This document shows, piece after piece, positions 1-9,704 of a stretch of DNA of 64,000 bases. Source of the DNA: a virus. Under the pieces are notes generated by a model, which saw nothing but the letters and a program-made list of their open reading frames with translations, searched no databases and was not told the DNA's origin. Location: IMG/VR virus record IMGVR_UViG_3300014656_000017, positions 46,909 to 110,908 of that record; one strand, 5' to 3'. How positions within the stretch are numbered: the stretch's first letter is position 1; the number at the start of each line of letters is the position of its first letter. The position numbers were made by a program, and so were the translations under genes.

Positions 1-525
1 AAGAATCCCCAATTTCTCCATTTCTGTAAGAAAATAGTGGCGACCTGATGCATATTTTTGCCAAATATTATCACCCGTTCCGTGCACTAAATAATAATCT
101 TGAATAAAGTTAATAGCTATTTTGTCTGCTTTGCTGTGCATGAAATTATAACAGACTGTCAAATCTTCAAAATTCTTGCCTTGAACAACACCAATTTTCT
201 TACCAGGCAGATTACCATAGTTTTCATTCCACTTTTTATAATTTTCAATAGTTTTTTCAGCATCACCAAATACATCAGGAACTATATATTCTGTTGGTTT
301 TAATTCAAGAATTTTTAATGCAAATAAATCGGAATTAAATGCCTCACCTAATTCAAAGACACTATTATCCAAAATAACTCTACGCCCCATTTTTAATGAA
401 TCTTTAAAGAACTCTGAATATTTTGGATAGTCGTTTAGTAAATGCACCAAACAATAATCATAATCATTAAAGCTTCTAGAAATATCTAAAAGTTGTAATG
501 GAACTTCGTGGGAGATTTGTGTCAC
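1..525 (-). CDS. dpdA: TGT-fold / DpdA-like 7-deazaguanine DNA transglycosylase (partial, runs off left edge; absent from ORF track)
   Basis: Manual translation from GTG at 525 (GTGA overlap with uvsX stop), open to position 1: MTQISHEVPLQLL..DYDYCLVHLL..GRRVILDNSVFELG..EYIVPDV..KIGVVQG..KIAI. These match TGT-barrel motifs (DS/DN-x-F, PD, VQG); queCDE are in the same window. Confidence 0.7.
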   Translation of the reverse strand, partial: MTQISHEVPLQLLDISRSFNDYDYCLVHLLNDYPKYSEFFKDSLKMGRRVILDNSVFELGEAFNSDLFALKILELKPTEYIVPDVFGDAEKTIENYKKWNENYGNLPGKKIGVVQGKNFEDLTVCYNFMHSKADKIAINFIQDYYLVHGTGDNIWQKYASGRHYFLTEMEKLGIL

Positions 526-1631
526 TTTTCTTCCTTTATATTATCTACTTCTTTTTTAATTTCTTCAACAGAACTACTAAACACAAACTCTTTCTTTAAT
601 ACTTCTTCAAGTTTAGGTATAATAATATTATCCCATACATTTGCATCTTTTTCAAATGCTTTTCTATATCCTAAAGTATTACCATTACATTCATAAGTTC
701 TATCGCCTGTAATAACGCCTAGTCCATGAGCCAATTCAAACAACCCAGAGTATTTATCTACCCCTGTTTTAAAATTAAGGTAAATGTCTGTTGCTAGCAT
801 AGGTGGTAAAAATCTATTTTTAGCTGTAAGTGCATGCATTGTTATTCCGCCTACTTTCTTAGCTGCTGATAATATTTCTTCAGATTCAAATTCCTTTTCG
901 TTCTTTTCTCGTTTAAATCCTAATTGAATAATTAGTGAAGAAAGATAAATTGGCGCTTTTCCTCCAGATTGATTTTTAATTGCAGACGGATACATAGCAG
1001 CCGGATCATCATATTCATGGTTAGAAAATAGAATAGTGGTTTTAGCCTTAGCAGCTCTATAGGTTAAGGTTCTTAACATGCTTTTAATTTCTTTAGCTCT
1101 CAATCCCATATCTGCTGCTGATTTGTCTTCTTCAGCATCTTTAATTTCTTTACCACTGGCCAAATTACCCAAAGAATCTATAATAATCATAAACTTCTTT
1201 TGCAGATTCTTTTCAAGGATTTTATTAAGAACCGCTAAAATTTGATTACGGGCACTATTTACAGTATTCACCGGATAGTGCTTAATTTGATCAGGATTGG
1301 CTCCTAAAGATCGTGCTGTAGCCGCATCTAATGCTACTTCTGAATCGAATACAATACCCCATCTTGTCGGATCTTCTTTTTGAAAGTTTCCTAATATCTT
1401 AGTCATAATCAAAGTTTTACCACAACCAGAAGGTCCTGATAATCCAATAATTCTTCCTTGTTGAATTCCTTTGAAACAGGAACCTGAAACAATTGCATTC
1501 AGGGCATACGATCCTGTGTCCACCCAAGCATCTACAACAGACAATGCATTGTCTGATAAAATTGTGGCATCAGGATTCAGAGCATCCGCATCTTTAAACA
1601 CATCATCATATATATTAGTCTTTTTAGCCAT
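522..1631 (-). CDS. uvsX: RecA-like recombinase UvsX
   Basis: DTGSYALN, Walker A GPSGCGKT, FDSE, IIIDSLGNL, SGGK, KNRF. Confidence 0.93.
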   Translation of the reverse strand: MAKKTNIYDDVFKDADALNPDATILSDNALSVVDAWVDTGSYALNAIVSGSCFKGIQQGRIIGLSGPSGCGKTLIMTKILGNFQKEDPTRWGIVFDSEVALDAATARSLGANPDQIKHYPVNTVNSARNQILAVLNKILEKNLQKKFMIIIDSLGNLASGKEIKDAEEDKSAADMGLRAKEIKSMLRTLTYRAAKAKTTILFSNHEYDDPAAMYPSAIKNQSGGKAPIYLSSLIIQLGFKREKNEKEFESEEILSAAKKVGGITMHALTAKNRFLPPMLATDIYLNFKTGVDKYSGLFELAHGLGVITGDRTYECNGNTLGYRKAFEKDANVWDNIIIPKLEEVLKKEFVFSSSVEEIKKEVDNIKEEK

Positions 1632-1654
1632 AAATATACTCCTTAATATTTTAT

Positions 1655-1682
1655 ATTATAAATGAAATTTTATAAAAAGCAA
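1655..1682 (-). promoter_or_regulatory. sigma70-like promoter TTGCTT-N16-TATAAT for uvsX
   Basis: Consensus hexamers upstream of AAGGAG RBS, just after the terminator. Confidence 0.6.
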
Positions 1683-1683
1683 T

Positions 1684-1715
1684 AAAAAAGCCCTATTATT
1701 TCTAATAGGGCTTTT
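1684..1715 (-). terminator. Rho-independent terminator (possibly bidirectional)
   Basis: Perfect inverted repeat aaaagccctatta-tttc-taatagggctttt with A/T tracts on both sides, just after the stop of 1728..2129. Confidence 0.8.
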
Positions 1716-1727
1716 CTGTAGAAACTA

Positions 1728-2129
1728 TTAATCGTCAAACAACTTAATTACGTTATCTCCAGCTGGAGCTACATTTCCTGCATTTTCAGGTAATACTATT
1801 CCAGAAGGATCGAAGATGTTTGAAATTTGAGCATACAATCTAAAATCAAATCCACCAGCAAATTCAATTTGTGTAATTTGGTTTTTTTGATAATTGAAAT
1901 ATACAGGTTCTGACTTATCCCCCATAAATTCTTTAAAAAATAACGGCAGCAATCTCAAGGCCATTTGACCAGTTGCTTGTCCAGTTACTTGATTAAATTG
2001 AGGAACCACATCTACAACAACAGGGTTCTTAATAACCACAATAGTATCAGAAGACTTATCCTCTACTATTTCACCAATAATAGTACGTTGAATACTATCT
2101 AAAAACGTCACAATATTTTTATTATCCAT
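1728..2129 (-). CDS. Conserved phage protein, possible Sm-like fold
   Basis: 133 aa with AGGAG RBS; TIIGEIVE..VIKNPVV beta-rich pattern. Confidence 0.5.
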   Translation of the reverse strand: MDNKNIVTFLDSIQRTIIGEIVEDKSSDTIVVIKNPVVVDVVPQFNQVTGQATGQMALRLLPLFFKEFMGDKSEPVYFNYQKNQITQIEFAGGFDFRLYAQISNIFDPSGIVLPENAGNVAPAGDNVIKLFDD

Positions 2130-2149
2130 ATTTTCTCCTATTTGTTATT

Positions 2150-2177
2150 ATCTTATTATATTATTTACTAATGTCAA
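2150..2177 (-). promoter_or_regulatory. sigma70-like promoter TTGACA-N16-TAAGAT
   Basis: Intergenic, perfect -35. Confidence 0.5.
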
Positions 2178-2180
2178 GGG

Positions 2181-5100
2181 TCAAACTTTAAAAAATTCGA
2201 ACAAATCACACGTATATTCGTTTTTAAAATCAATCAATCTCCATCCAATACTAATAAATCTACTTTCTATTGCTCTAACTATATGCTTTTCAAACATCTT
2301 GTCATAATCAGGCTTAATAACAGATTCAAATTCTTTTGGAAATTTATCAGCGAATGCAATATTCTCAAATCCATACTTATTAGGCATTACATATATCCAT
2401 TTAATTTTATTTCCAGAGCCAATAAAATCATATACGTTTTCTAATTTTAATGCTTTAATTAAATTGTTATGATTGATAGCTCCTTTAACATGCACTGGAG
2501 TTCCTTTAGCGTGTACTAATCCATTCATTCTGTTGTTATATTTATCAAACCCATTTATATTAGATCGTGATGCAATATCTTCATATGAAAGTTTTTTAAA
2601 TTCTTCAAAAATTTGTTTATATACTTCTATTGTTTGTTCACGACTCTTAGTATAAATTATAGTTTCAACTACCTTTTTAATAAGATTTTTGCACTCTTTT
2701 GAAATAGTGCTTTTAGCTACCTCTACTCCTACATATTTAATTTTATCAGTTGGAAGCGGAGTATCACCTTTACTCTTGTCTTTAATATGCAAAATGTAAT
2801 ATTTCTTTGCTTCATAAATGCCAGCTGAACATATATATTCTCTTTTAAATACAAATTGAGGATTTAAAGAATTGATAGCATTTTTAGCCCATTCAATAAT
2901 TTGTGTATTTAATACATTATTTAATTTTTTAACAATGTTGAAACTCTGTCTGCTTACTTCTCCTGTTTCGTCTAAAAGAGGAATTTTTAATTTCTTTAGA
3001 ATAGGCTCTAAAGTTAGCACTGTGCTGTCCGTGTCATTATAAAATGTTATATTAGAATCTATACCGTATTCTGTTTTTGCAAAATTATCTAAAATATCAT
3101 TAGCTGCTTTAATTGTTGCTTGTCCTGTTAAAGTAATACTACCAGAATGATCAATATCTGCTAAGGGAGCATATCTGTTAGCAAAACATCCATACAAACT
3201 ATTTAATATAGTCTTTAAAGTGTTTTGAATAATATCTAATCTGCCTAAAGCGGCAATGTTTTCATTGTATTTATCTGAACCCTTTTTTGTGTGAGATTGA
3301 GAATGATTAATTTTGTCTATCTCTTCCACACTCTTAACTCGTTCATCATAAAGGGATTGTACGAATTCTGGAACTATACCCAGTGTCTTTTGTGTATATA
3401 ATACTTTAGCTTTAGATATAGATATTTTTTCTTTTTCTATGAAAGTTTTAAAGTTGTCTTTTGTAAGTGTGTGCATTTTTCCATTTACTAATTTTAATTC
3501 AACTTCTGTATCAGACATAGATAAAATTTTACCTATTTTTGTCTCTGGTGAAATGTTCAAAGATATAATAGTATTAGGATATAGACTATTAGCATCGAAT
3601 ACAACAATACTTTCATATAATCCGGGCGTGATATCTCTAACAAATCCGCCGGCATAGGATCCCATTTCTTCATGCTTAAAGGTAGGTATAATTTTATTAT
3701 GTTTTAATGCCTGTTGTGCAATAGCTCCTGTTACTACTGTTACTTTACCTAGAGCAGATTCTAATGCAGCTAATCCTTTATAAGATATTGTTCTCATTAA
3801 TTGAAGAAAACGAAGCTTTTGTTCTAATTTTACCAATAGCTCAACATCCCTAACATTATATTCGACAAATTTGTCCCAATTAGTATCAGCTAATTTTGTA
3901 AGACTTGTAGCACTTACATTAACTTTACCTTCGCCTAATTCTAATTCACTAATATAATCCAAACTATAAGACTCTCTATCTCCTCTTGAAAATGTTTTAT
4001 ATGCTTTCCAATAGTCAATACAGCTTATGCCGCCAATATACCACCGGCCTATTTCTTTACCAAATTGTTTTTCTACATTTTCGCGATATCTTACTTGGCC
4101 TACCGGAGACAATTTATACACCCAATCTTCACCAATAACATTTTCAATTCTATTAATTATATAGGGTATATCAAAGCGTTCGCAATTGTGGGTCTTGATA
4201 CCATTACAAATAAAATAATGTGTTTGTGTTTCTATGTCACACATTTCTACATTTTTGCCGGTTTTTTGTATATTTTTAATTTTAACCAACATTCCGTTCT
4301 CGATTTTAAACCACTTAATTTTATTAGATATTATATTTTTTTTAATGTAATATTTTATATTTTTGAGTTTATTTTTTCTGTCTTGGTGCCAAATATTTAA
4401 ATCAGATATAAATTTTTTATTTTCATTAATAAAAGGAATCCCTGTATTATGCTTTGTTACAGAGGATATAACACCATTCCATAATAATAGTTGTTGCAAA
4501 ATATTAATATTTGGAATATCATAACATTTATCATAATTACATACATTTAATTGTGTATCCGCAACATTACCATCACCGTCAATTAAACCGGAGTAAAATT
4601 CAATAAATTGATCATAAGACAACATTGAAATCATCGATATGTTTAATTGTTTTTTGTTTTCTGTATTATATATTAATGGCAATAATACTCCAAACTTGTT
4701 ATTGCAAGATACTCTTTTATAAAAATTGTTATCACTTTGTTGTAATCTTGATAAAACTTTAATATTGGAGGGGCAATTTGTATCAATATTGTTATATATG
4801 GACGAATATTTTTCTACTAAATATTGGTGTTGGCTGCTGTACTGATTGGTAAAGGTTTTAAAATCAACACATCCATCTGTAAATGTATATCCTAAGAATC
4901 TTAATATATCACTAGATATAACTTCGTCTAAATTTATGTTTATAAATTTTTGTGTTAACAATATTGTTAATACTGTTTCGTTTTTTAAATATTCTAATAT
5001 CATATCATCAGATATATATTTTTGAAGATTTTTATAATCCCATCCCTTTCTTTTCCAAAATATCTTTCCCTGCCAATATTCTGTTGGTATATTTATTGAA

Positions 5101-6125
5101 TTTTTATATTGTTTTAAATGGTCTCTAATTTGAACGGATTTAATTTTAAAATTAAATCTGGTATAATTTTTTAAGCTGGTCCAGTTATCAATAATATAGT
5201 TTCTATAATTTAATTGTTTGTTATTATTATCTCTAATAGGTATAAATACATATGAATCTTTGTTTTGTGTATTTATGTCTTTTACTTTAGTATCTGTTAG
5301 AGTGGATAATAATGTATTTGAATTTTTGTATGCATTTTTGTTTTTAGAACATATCGGAAATATGTGTTCCTTCGAACATAAAATGCTGTGTCCTAATTCT
5401 GTTGTAAGGTTGTATTCTTCTTTAATTCCTGTATCTATATAATTATTTATATTATTTTGGAATTTTTCTGATGTAAAAAGGGGTATATTTTCACATTTTT
5501 TTGATAAATTTACTATTTTATTAGTGCCCCATAAATATTGGTTTTTGGTGAGACAATACCATCCAGAAACTATATCAGGATAATCCTCTCGCCAAAATTT
5601 AACAAAAGCTCTTAACATTTCAGCTTCTGTTTGAAATTCATAATATTTGTGATCTGAAGCTAAAGATAAGTGTCGATGAGCTAGACCAAACGTATGATAT
5701 ATTTTAGATAAAGAATCGTATACCGTAATTAAGTTGATTGGATGCGCAGCCTTTTCAGGTTCAGGAAATTCAACAGAGTATGTTTCAATATCTAGAAAGA
5801 AAGTTTTAAGTGGATGTTTAGTAAATTCAGCAGAAGCATTTAATCCATTAAATTTGTCAATTAAATATTGATGTTCTGCTTTAAGATTATAAAATATTCG
5901 TTGAGTTCCGCAACTTTCAACATATCTACGCCTATCAAATTGACTCGGAAATGTTATTTTTCTTAAAGGAGTATTATAAATAGAAACAGCATCTTTTTGT
6001 GTATTGCTTTCAATATAAATATAGGGATGATAATCCTCAATTTGTTCTATTCTATTGCCGCTTTCATCCCATGTCCACAAATGCATTTTTTGTGTTTTGG
6101 GATTATAAGAAATATTTCTATACAT
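2181..6125 (-). CDS. gp43: B-family DNA polymerase (gp43-like) with intein
   Basis: ExoI DIET, ExoIII YNVRD, DANSLYP, KTILNSLYG, YNDTDS, KKYY. Start placed at ATG 6125 (AAGGAG RBS) rather than 6167. Confidence 0.95.
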   Translation of the reverse strand: MYRNISYNPKTQKMHLWTWDESGNRIEQIEDYHPYIYIESNTQKDAVSIYNTPLRKITFPSQFDRRRYVESCGTQRIFYNLKAEHQYLIDKFNGLNASAEFTKHPLKTFFLDIETYSVEFPEPEKAAHPINLITVYDSLSKIYHTFGLAHRHLSLASDHKYYEFQTEAEMLRAFVKFWREDYPDIVSGWYCLTKNQYLWGTNKIVNLSKKCENIPLFTSEKFQNNINNYIDTGIKEEYNLTTELGHSILCSKEHIFPICSKNKNAYKNSNTLLSTLTDTKVKDINTQNKDSYVFIPIRDNNNKQLNYRNYIIDNWTSLKNYTRFNFKIKSVQIRDHLKQYKNSINIPTEYWQGKIFWKRKGWDYKNLQKYISDDMILEYLKNETVLTILLTQKFININLDEVISSDILRFLGYTFTDGCVDFKTFTNQYSSQHQYLVEKYSSIYNNIDTNCPSNIKVLSRLQQSDNNFYKRVSCNNKFGVLLPLIYNTENKKQLNISMISMLSYDQFIEFYSGLIDGDGNVADTQLNVCNYDKCYDIPNINILQQLLLWNGVISSVTKHNTGIPFINENKKFISDLNIWHQDRKNKLKNIKYYIKKNIISNKIKWFKIENGMLVKIKNIQKTGKNVEMCDIETQTHYFICNGIKTHNCERFDIPYIINRIENVIGEDWVYKLSPVGQVRYRENVEKQFGKEIGRWYIGGISCIDYWKAYKTFSRGDRESYSLDYISELELGEGKVNVSATSLTKLADTNWDKFVEYNVRDVELLVKLEQKLRFLQLMRTISYKGLAALESALGKVTVVTGAIAQQALKHNKIIPTFKHEEMGSYAGGFVRDITPGLYESIVVFDANSLYPNTIISLNISPETKIGKILSMSDTEVELKLVNGKMHTLTKDNFKTFIEKEKISISKAKVLYTQKTLGIVPEFVQSLYDERVKSVEEIDKINHSQSHTKKGSDKYNENIAALGRLDIIQNTLKTILNSLYGCFANRYAPLADIDHSGSITLTGQATIKAANDILDNFAKTEYGIDSNITFYNDTDSTVLTLEPILKKLKIPLLDETGEVSRQSFNIVKKLNNVLNTQIIEWAKNAINSLNPQFVFKREYICSAGIYEAKKYYILHIKDKSKGDTPLPTDKIKYVGVEVAKSTISKECKNLIKKVVETIIYTKSREQTIEVYKQIFEEFKKLSYEDIASRSNINGFDKYNNRMNGLVHAKGTPVHVKGAINHNNLIKALKLENVYDFIGSGNKIKWIYVMPNKYGFENIAFADKFPKEFESVIKPDYDKMFEKHIVRAIESRFISIGWRLIDFKNEYTCDLFEFFKV
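4185..5555 (-). mobile_element. Intein (457 aa) with LAGLIDADG homing endonuclease, in the polymerase ExoII motif
   Basis: SGWY|CLTKNQ...KTHN|CERFDIPY; block B CSKEH; LAGLIDADG motifs FLGYTFTDG and YSGLIDGDG. Confidence 0.93.
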
Positions 6126-6144
6126 ACTAGCTCCTTTATTGACC

Positions 6145-6165
6145 GTGCGTGTTAAAGATGCGCAC
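6145..6165 (-). promoter_or_regulatory. Putative translational-operator hairpin upstream of the polymerase RBS
   Basis: GC-rich GTGCG-N11-CGCAC stem 8 nt upstream of AAGGAG. Confidence 0.35.
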
Positions 6166-6181
6166 ACCCTTATTTTAATTA

Positions 6182-6209
6182 ATTATATAAAATGCTATAT
6201 AGAAATCAA
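6182..6209 (-). promoter_or_regulatory. sigma70-like promoter TTGATT-N16-TATAAT for DNA polymerase
   Basis: Intergenic consensus hexamers. Confidence 0.6.
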
Positions 6210-6211
6210 GT

Positions 6212-7540
6212 TTATTTTTTTAATAATTGGTTTTCGAAAGGAACGGCTGCTTTTTCATCGGGATTTAATCGATATAAAGTTTTTCGATCCGGTGAGCCAA
6301 TTTTTGTAAAGTATAATTCGTTAAATTCATCCAAATGATCATCTAACCACATTGTATCAGCATAAGCTCGTGCTTGTTTAGAATAGTTCATATAAGTATC
6401 TTCATCTTTTAGAAGCAGTTTTAACTGATCAATCAAATCTGTCCCCTTATTAAATTTTAATGGGGCATCTTGATAAGTTACTAGATTTTGAAACACTCCA
6501 GGAATTCCTAAACAAGCAGACTCTAAAAACTTAATATTGCTTTTAGCTTTGTTAAATGTAATATCTTGAAGAGGAGCAAATACAGCACTCATTTTAGGCT
6601 CATAATATGCTTTCCATAAATCCATTAAAGGAAACCATTGAATAAATTCCATTTCTCCGCGATCAATAAAAGGTTTGCAAGGTAGTGGAAAGCATCCAAC
6701 AAACACCCATTTAAAATCATTTCGTGTTTTAATAATCGCATCCACGACATGATGAAAATCATCTCGCTGATTTGTTTTATTTAATACATCAATATGTGTA
6801 CCCGATCCAACATAGGCAACTCGGGGTTTCTTTTTATTGTCTTGGTAATTCTTTAAAATTCTATCTGGTTCATAATGTTTATCCATCCACATTTTAGCAG
6901 GATAATTAGGAACAACAGTAATATTTTTATTACCAGTCTTATGAGTATAGTAATCTTTCATGAACTGACAAGTTACACTAATCTCATCACTCATCTTCAT
7001 CATTTCAATACAACTGTTTAAAATTTGATCATTTTCAAATGCCACTTTACATCTATTAAAATCTGGAATATCGTCTTTGAAAATAATATCATCAATTTCA
7101 TATATAATTTTATAGTTATGATGTGATGCAATGCTTTTTAAAAATTTCACAAATTCTAATTGAACTGGAGTTGCTTGTCTCTGTAATCTAACAGCTTTTA
7201 TACCACCATAAAATCTAGGATCTAACACCATTGTAGTTAATCCGTTAATAACACATTTCTGGTTCATATTTAATAGCATTTCCGGAGCTATCATTCTCCA
7301 CCAGCCGCAGCCGGCATAATCCGCATAGTAATTAACAGCTCTGTTTAATCCTTGTCCTGGTATTTCAAGAGGAGGAGGAGTTCGAGATTGGGGTATTTGG
7401 TGAGCAATGTGAGGTACATATGCTTGCCCCACTGGTTTTCCCATAACATTCCCCATACTGTGATATTTTGTAGGTATAACTTGTTGAGCAACATAAGCTG
7501 GAGCCTGCTCCGGAACGGGATTTTTAAATTTAAGAGCCAT
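6212..7540 (-). CDS. GT-B fold glycosyltransferase (GT4-like)
   Basis: GCGWWR, YEIDD, APL..FNKAKSNIKFLE..LGIP; start probably 7540 (GGAG RBS). Confidence 0.75.
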   Translation of the reverse strand: MALKFKNPVPEQAPAYVAQQVIPTKYHSMGNVMGKPVGQAYVPHIAHQIPQSRTPPPLEIPGQGLNRAVNYYADYAGCGWWRMIAPEMLLNMNQKCVINGLTTMVLDPRFYGGIKAVRLQRQATPVQLEFVKFLKSIASHHNYKIIYEIDDIIFKDDIPDFNRCKVAFENDQILNSCIEMMKMSDEISVTCQFMKDYYTHKTGNKNITVVPNYPAKMWMDKHYEPDRILKNYQDNKKKPRVAYVGSGTHIDVLNKTNQRDDFHHVVDAIIKTRNDFKWVFVGCFPLPCKPFIDRGEMEFIQWFPLMDLWKAYYEPKMSAVFAPLQDITFNKAKSNIKFLESACLGIPGVFQNLVTYQDAPLKFNKGTDLIDQLKLLLKDEDTYMNYSKQARAYADTMWLDDHLDEFNELYFTKIGSPDRKTLYRLNPDEKAAVPFENQLLKK

Positions 7541-9329
7541 TATCGATTCTCCTGGTGTATCCATTATATTTTTCAAGATTTATAATTTCACCAGTAGCAT
7601 GTTTGACTGCTTCTCTTTTATGGCTAATAATATAAATTGCTTCATTAAAATTACTAACTCTTTCTTGTAAAATCCCCATAACACATTCAATACCTTTGTC
7701 GTCTAATGAACTATCTAATAGCTCATCATAGATCACTGTATTAATAGATACATTAGATTGGAGTCGACGAATATCAATAAAGGTAAATAACATTGCTAGA
7801 TCTATACGTTTCCTTTCTCCACCAGAAAAATTAAAATATGAACATTTTTGACCTCTTTCATTTAAAATGTTCTCTTCAAAATATTCATTAAATGTGCAAA
7901 CACAATTAGCATCTAATTTTTTGAGATAATAGTTCAATCGACCGTTCAACAATTTTAACATCTTTTTAACAATAAAACTTTTTACACCCTCTTCTGATAC
8001 TACAAATTTAGCAACATCTAAAAGGTGCAACTTTTCTTTGTACTTATTTAGTTCAATATTTAATATTTCAACCCGTGTTTGTGCTTCATTTATAAGTTCT
8101 ATATATGTATCCTGTTCACCTTGTATTGTTTTTATATCTATTTCGGTTTGAGCACTCCAAATTTCTTTTTGTTTTATTTGTGTGGTGATTGTCTCATTTT
8201 CCATTTTAATTAATTCAAATTTATGTTTTTCATCAATTAAGATATCAATAATATTATTACATTTGTTCTTCTTGGTTTCAATTTCAGTTAGGGATTTATT
8301 AATTTCTATTAATGAATTATTAATGCTGTCAATTTCATTTTGATATTGTTTGATAATTTCTGTGTCTCGAGATTTATCTTTGGTGGTAAACGGCCTATTG
8401 CATGTAATACATATTCCACCTTTTTGCTCAATTTGATTGATCTTACCACTCAATTCTTTTGTTGTTAATATGTTTTGTATTTGTTGTGTAGTGATCTTTT
8501 TTTCTGTATCCGCAATATTTTTCTTTTTAGATTCTACAGTTCTTATTTTATCATCTAAAATATTATAGGTTTTAATATCTACATCTTTTATTGCATCTTT
8601 TAATGTTTTAATAGTTGTAATATTATCATCTAACCTAATTTGAAGATTGTTCACTCTATCAATTTTATTTTGATTATGAGCAAATTGTTGTTTTTTATAT
8701 ACTTCTAGTGACTGTTTAATTTCATTAGCTTTAACATTTTCAATATCATATTGTTTTTTTGCTTCATTTAAATCTTGTCTAATAACACTAAGCATATCCG
8801 TAAATAATGTGAGCTTAAATATGCCCTCAATAAAATTTTTCTTAGCTAAACCTTTTTTAGCTAAAAAGGGTTCTGTTTGATTTAGACTCATTACAACACT
8901 TTGTTCAAACAAATCAGACCCTGCGCCCAATATCTCTTCAACTAATTCGGTTGTTTTGGCCATCGTACGAGAAATATCTACAGTATCTTTGAACAATTGT
9001 ACTCTAGAAGGATGTGTAGATCTTTGTAATACATATTCTGATTTAATCCCGTTTTCAATAACATCGAATAATAGAGATACTTCTCCACCCGATTTATTAT
9101 TCCAATTTATTAGATTTTCTTTTTTGATATCTCTAAGAGGCCTTCCAAAAAGAGAATAAAAAAACGCATCAGCTATTGCAGATTTACCTACACCATTTCT
9201 ACTATCTTCTTTGTCTTTATTGACACCCGTTATAATATTACACCCAATATTAAAATGAAGTTCTATGGGGTCTGAACCTATAGATAGAAAATTTTTAATA
9301 CTAAGTTTTTTAAAATAAATCTCTTTCAT
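7530..9329 (-). CDS. gp46: Recombination endonuclease ATPase subunit (gp46, Rad50/SbcC-like)
   Basis: KNFLSIG, NGVGKS, CITC zinc hook, FSGGE, YDELLDSSLD, ISH. Confidence 0.95.
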   Translation of the reverse strand: MKEIYFKKLSIKNFLSIGSDPIELHFNIGCNIITGVNKDKEDSRNGVGKSAIADAFFYSLFGRPLRDIKKENLINWNNKSGGEVSLLFDVIENGIKSEYVLQRSTHPSRVQLFKDTVDISRTMAKTTELVEEILGAGSDLFEQSVVMSLNQTEPFLAKKGLAKKNFIEGIFKLTLFTDMLSVIRQDLNEAKKQYDIENVKANEIKQSLEVYKKQQFAHNQNKIDRVNNLQIRLDDNITTIKTLKDAIKDVDIKTYNILDDKIRTVESKKKNIADTEKKITTQQIQNILTTKELSGKINQIEQKGGICITCNRPFTTKDKSRDTEIIKQYQNEIDSINNSLIEINKSLTEIETKKNKCNNIIDILIDEKHKFELIKMENETITTQIKQKEIWSAQTEIDIKTIQGEQDTYIELINEAQTRVEILNIELNKYKEKLHLLDVAKFVVSEEGVKSFIVKKMLKLLNGRLNYYLKKLDANCVCTFNEYFEENILNERGQKCSYFNFSGGERKRIDLAMLFTFIDIRRLQSNVSINTVIYDELLDSSLDDKGIECVMGILQERVSNFNEAIYIISHKREAVKHATGEIINLEKYNGYTRRIDNGS

Positions 9330-9538
9330 AACAAGTCTACAAATAAATCAGGGCGGGTTGTTAAAAAATTTGTTATTTCCTCTTCTGTTGCCAATCGAAC
9401 TTTAATATAATCCACCCATATATCATTTTCAACACACAGTACACCTTTATAATCATCAAATTTTAATAAATCAGAAACATAATATGTTTTATTATCAAAT
9501 TTATTGACAATAAAACTTCCTCTTTTTATGTGTTTCAT
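9326..9538 (-). CDS. Hypothetical protein
   Basis: 70-aa ORF with ATGA overlap onto gp46. Confidence 0.6.
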   Translation of the reverse strand: MKHIKRGSFIVNKFDNKTYYVSDLLKFDDYKGVLCVENDIWVDYIKVRLATEEEITNFLTTRPDLFVDLL

Positions 9539-9545
9539 TCTTCGA

Positions 9546-9704
9546 TTATTTATGTCCTAATTTAGTAGCAAGCTCAGATAGCTTTACAATTTTAGCTAAC
9601 ACATCTATTGACGTTTCTGGGCATAATACTGCATACATAGACTTTAGATAATACTGTACTGCTTCTACAATTAACTGACTATTTTCATTTTTTTCTTCTG
9701 CCAT
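9546..9704 (-). CDS. Small hypothetical protein (52 aa, not in track)
   Basis: TAAGGAG RBS; MAEEKNENSQLIVEAVQYYLKSM...LGHK*. Confidence 0.6.
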   Translation of the reverse strand: MAEEKNENSQLIVEAVQYYLKSMYAVLCPETSIDVLAKIVKLSELATKLGHK

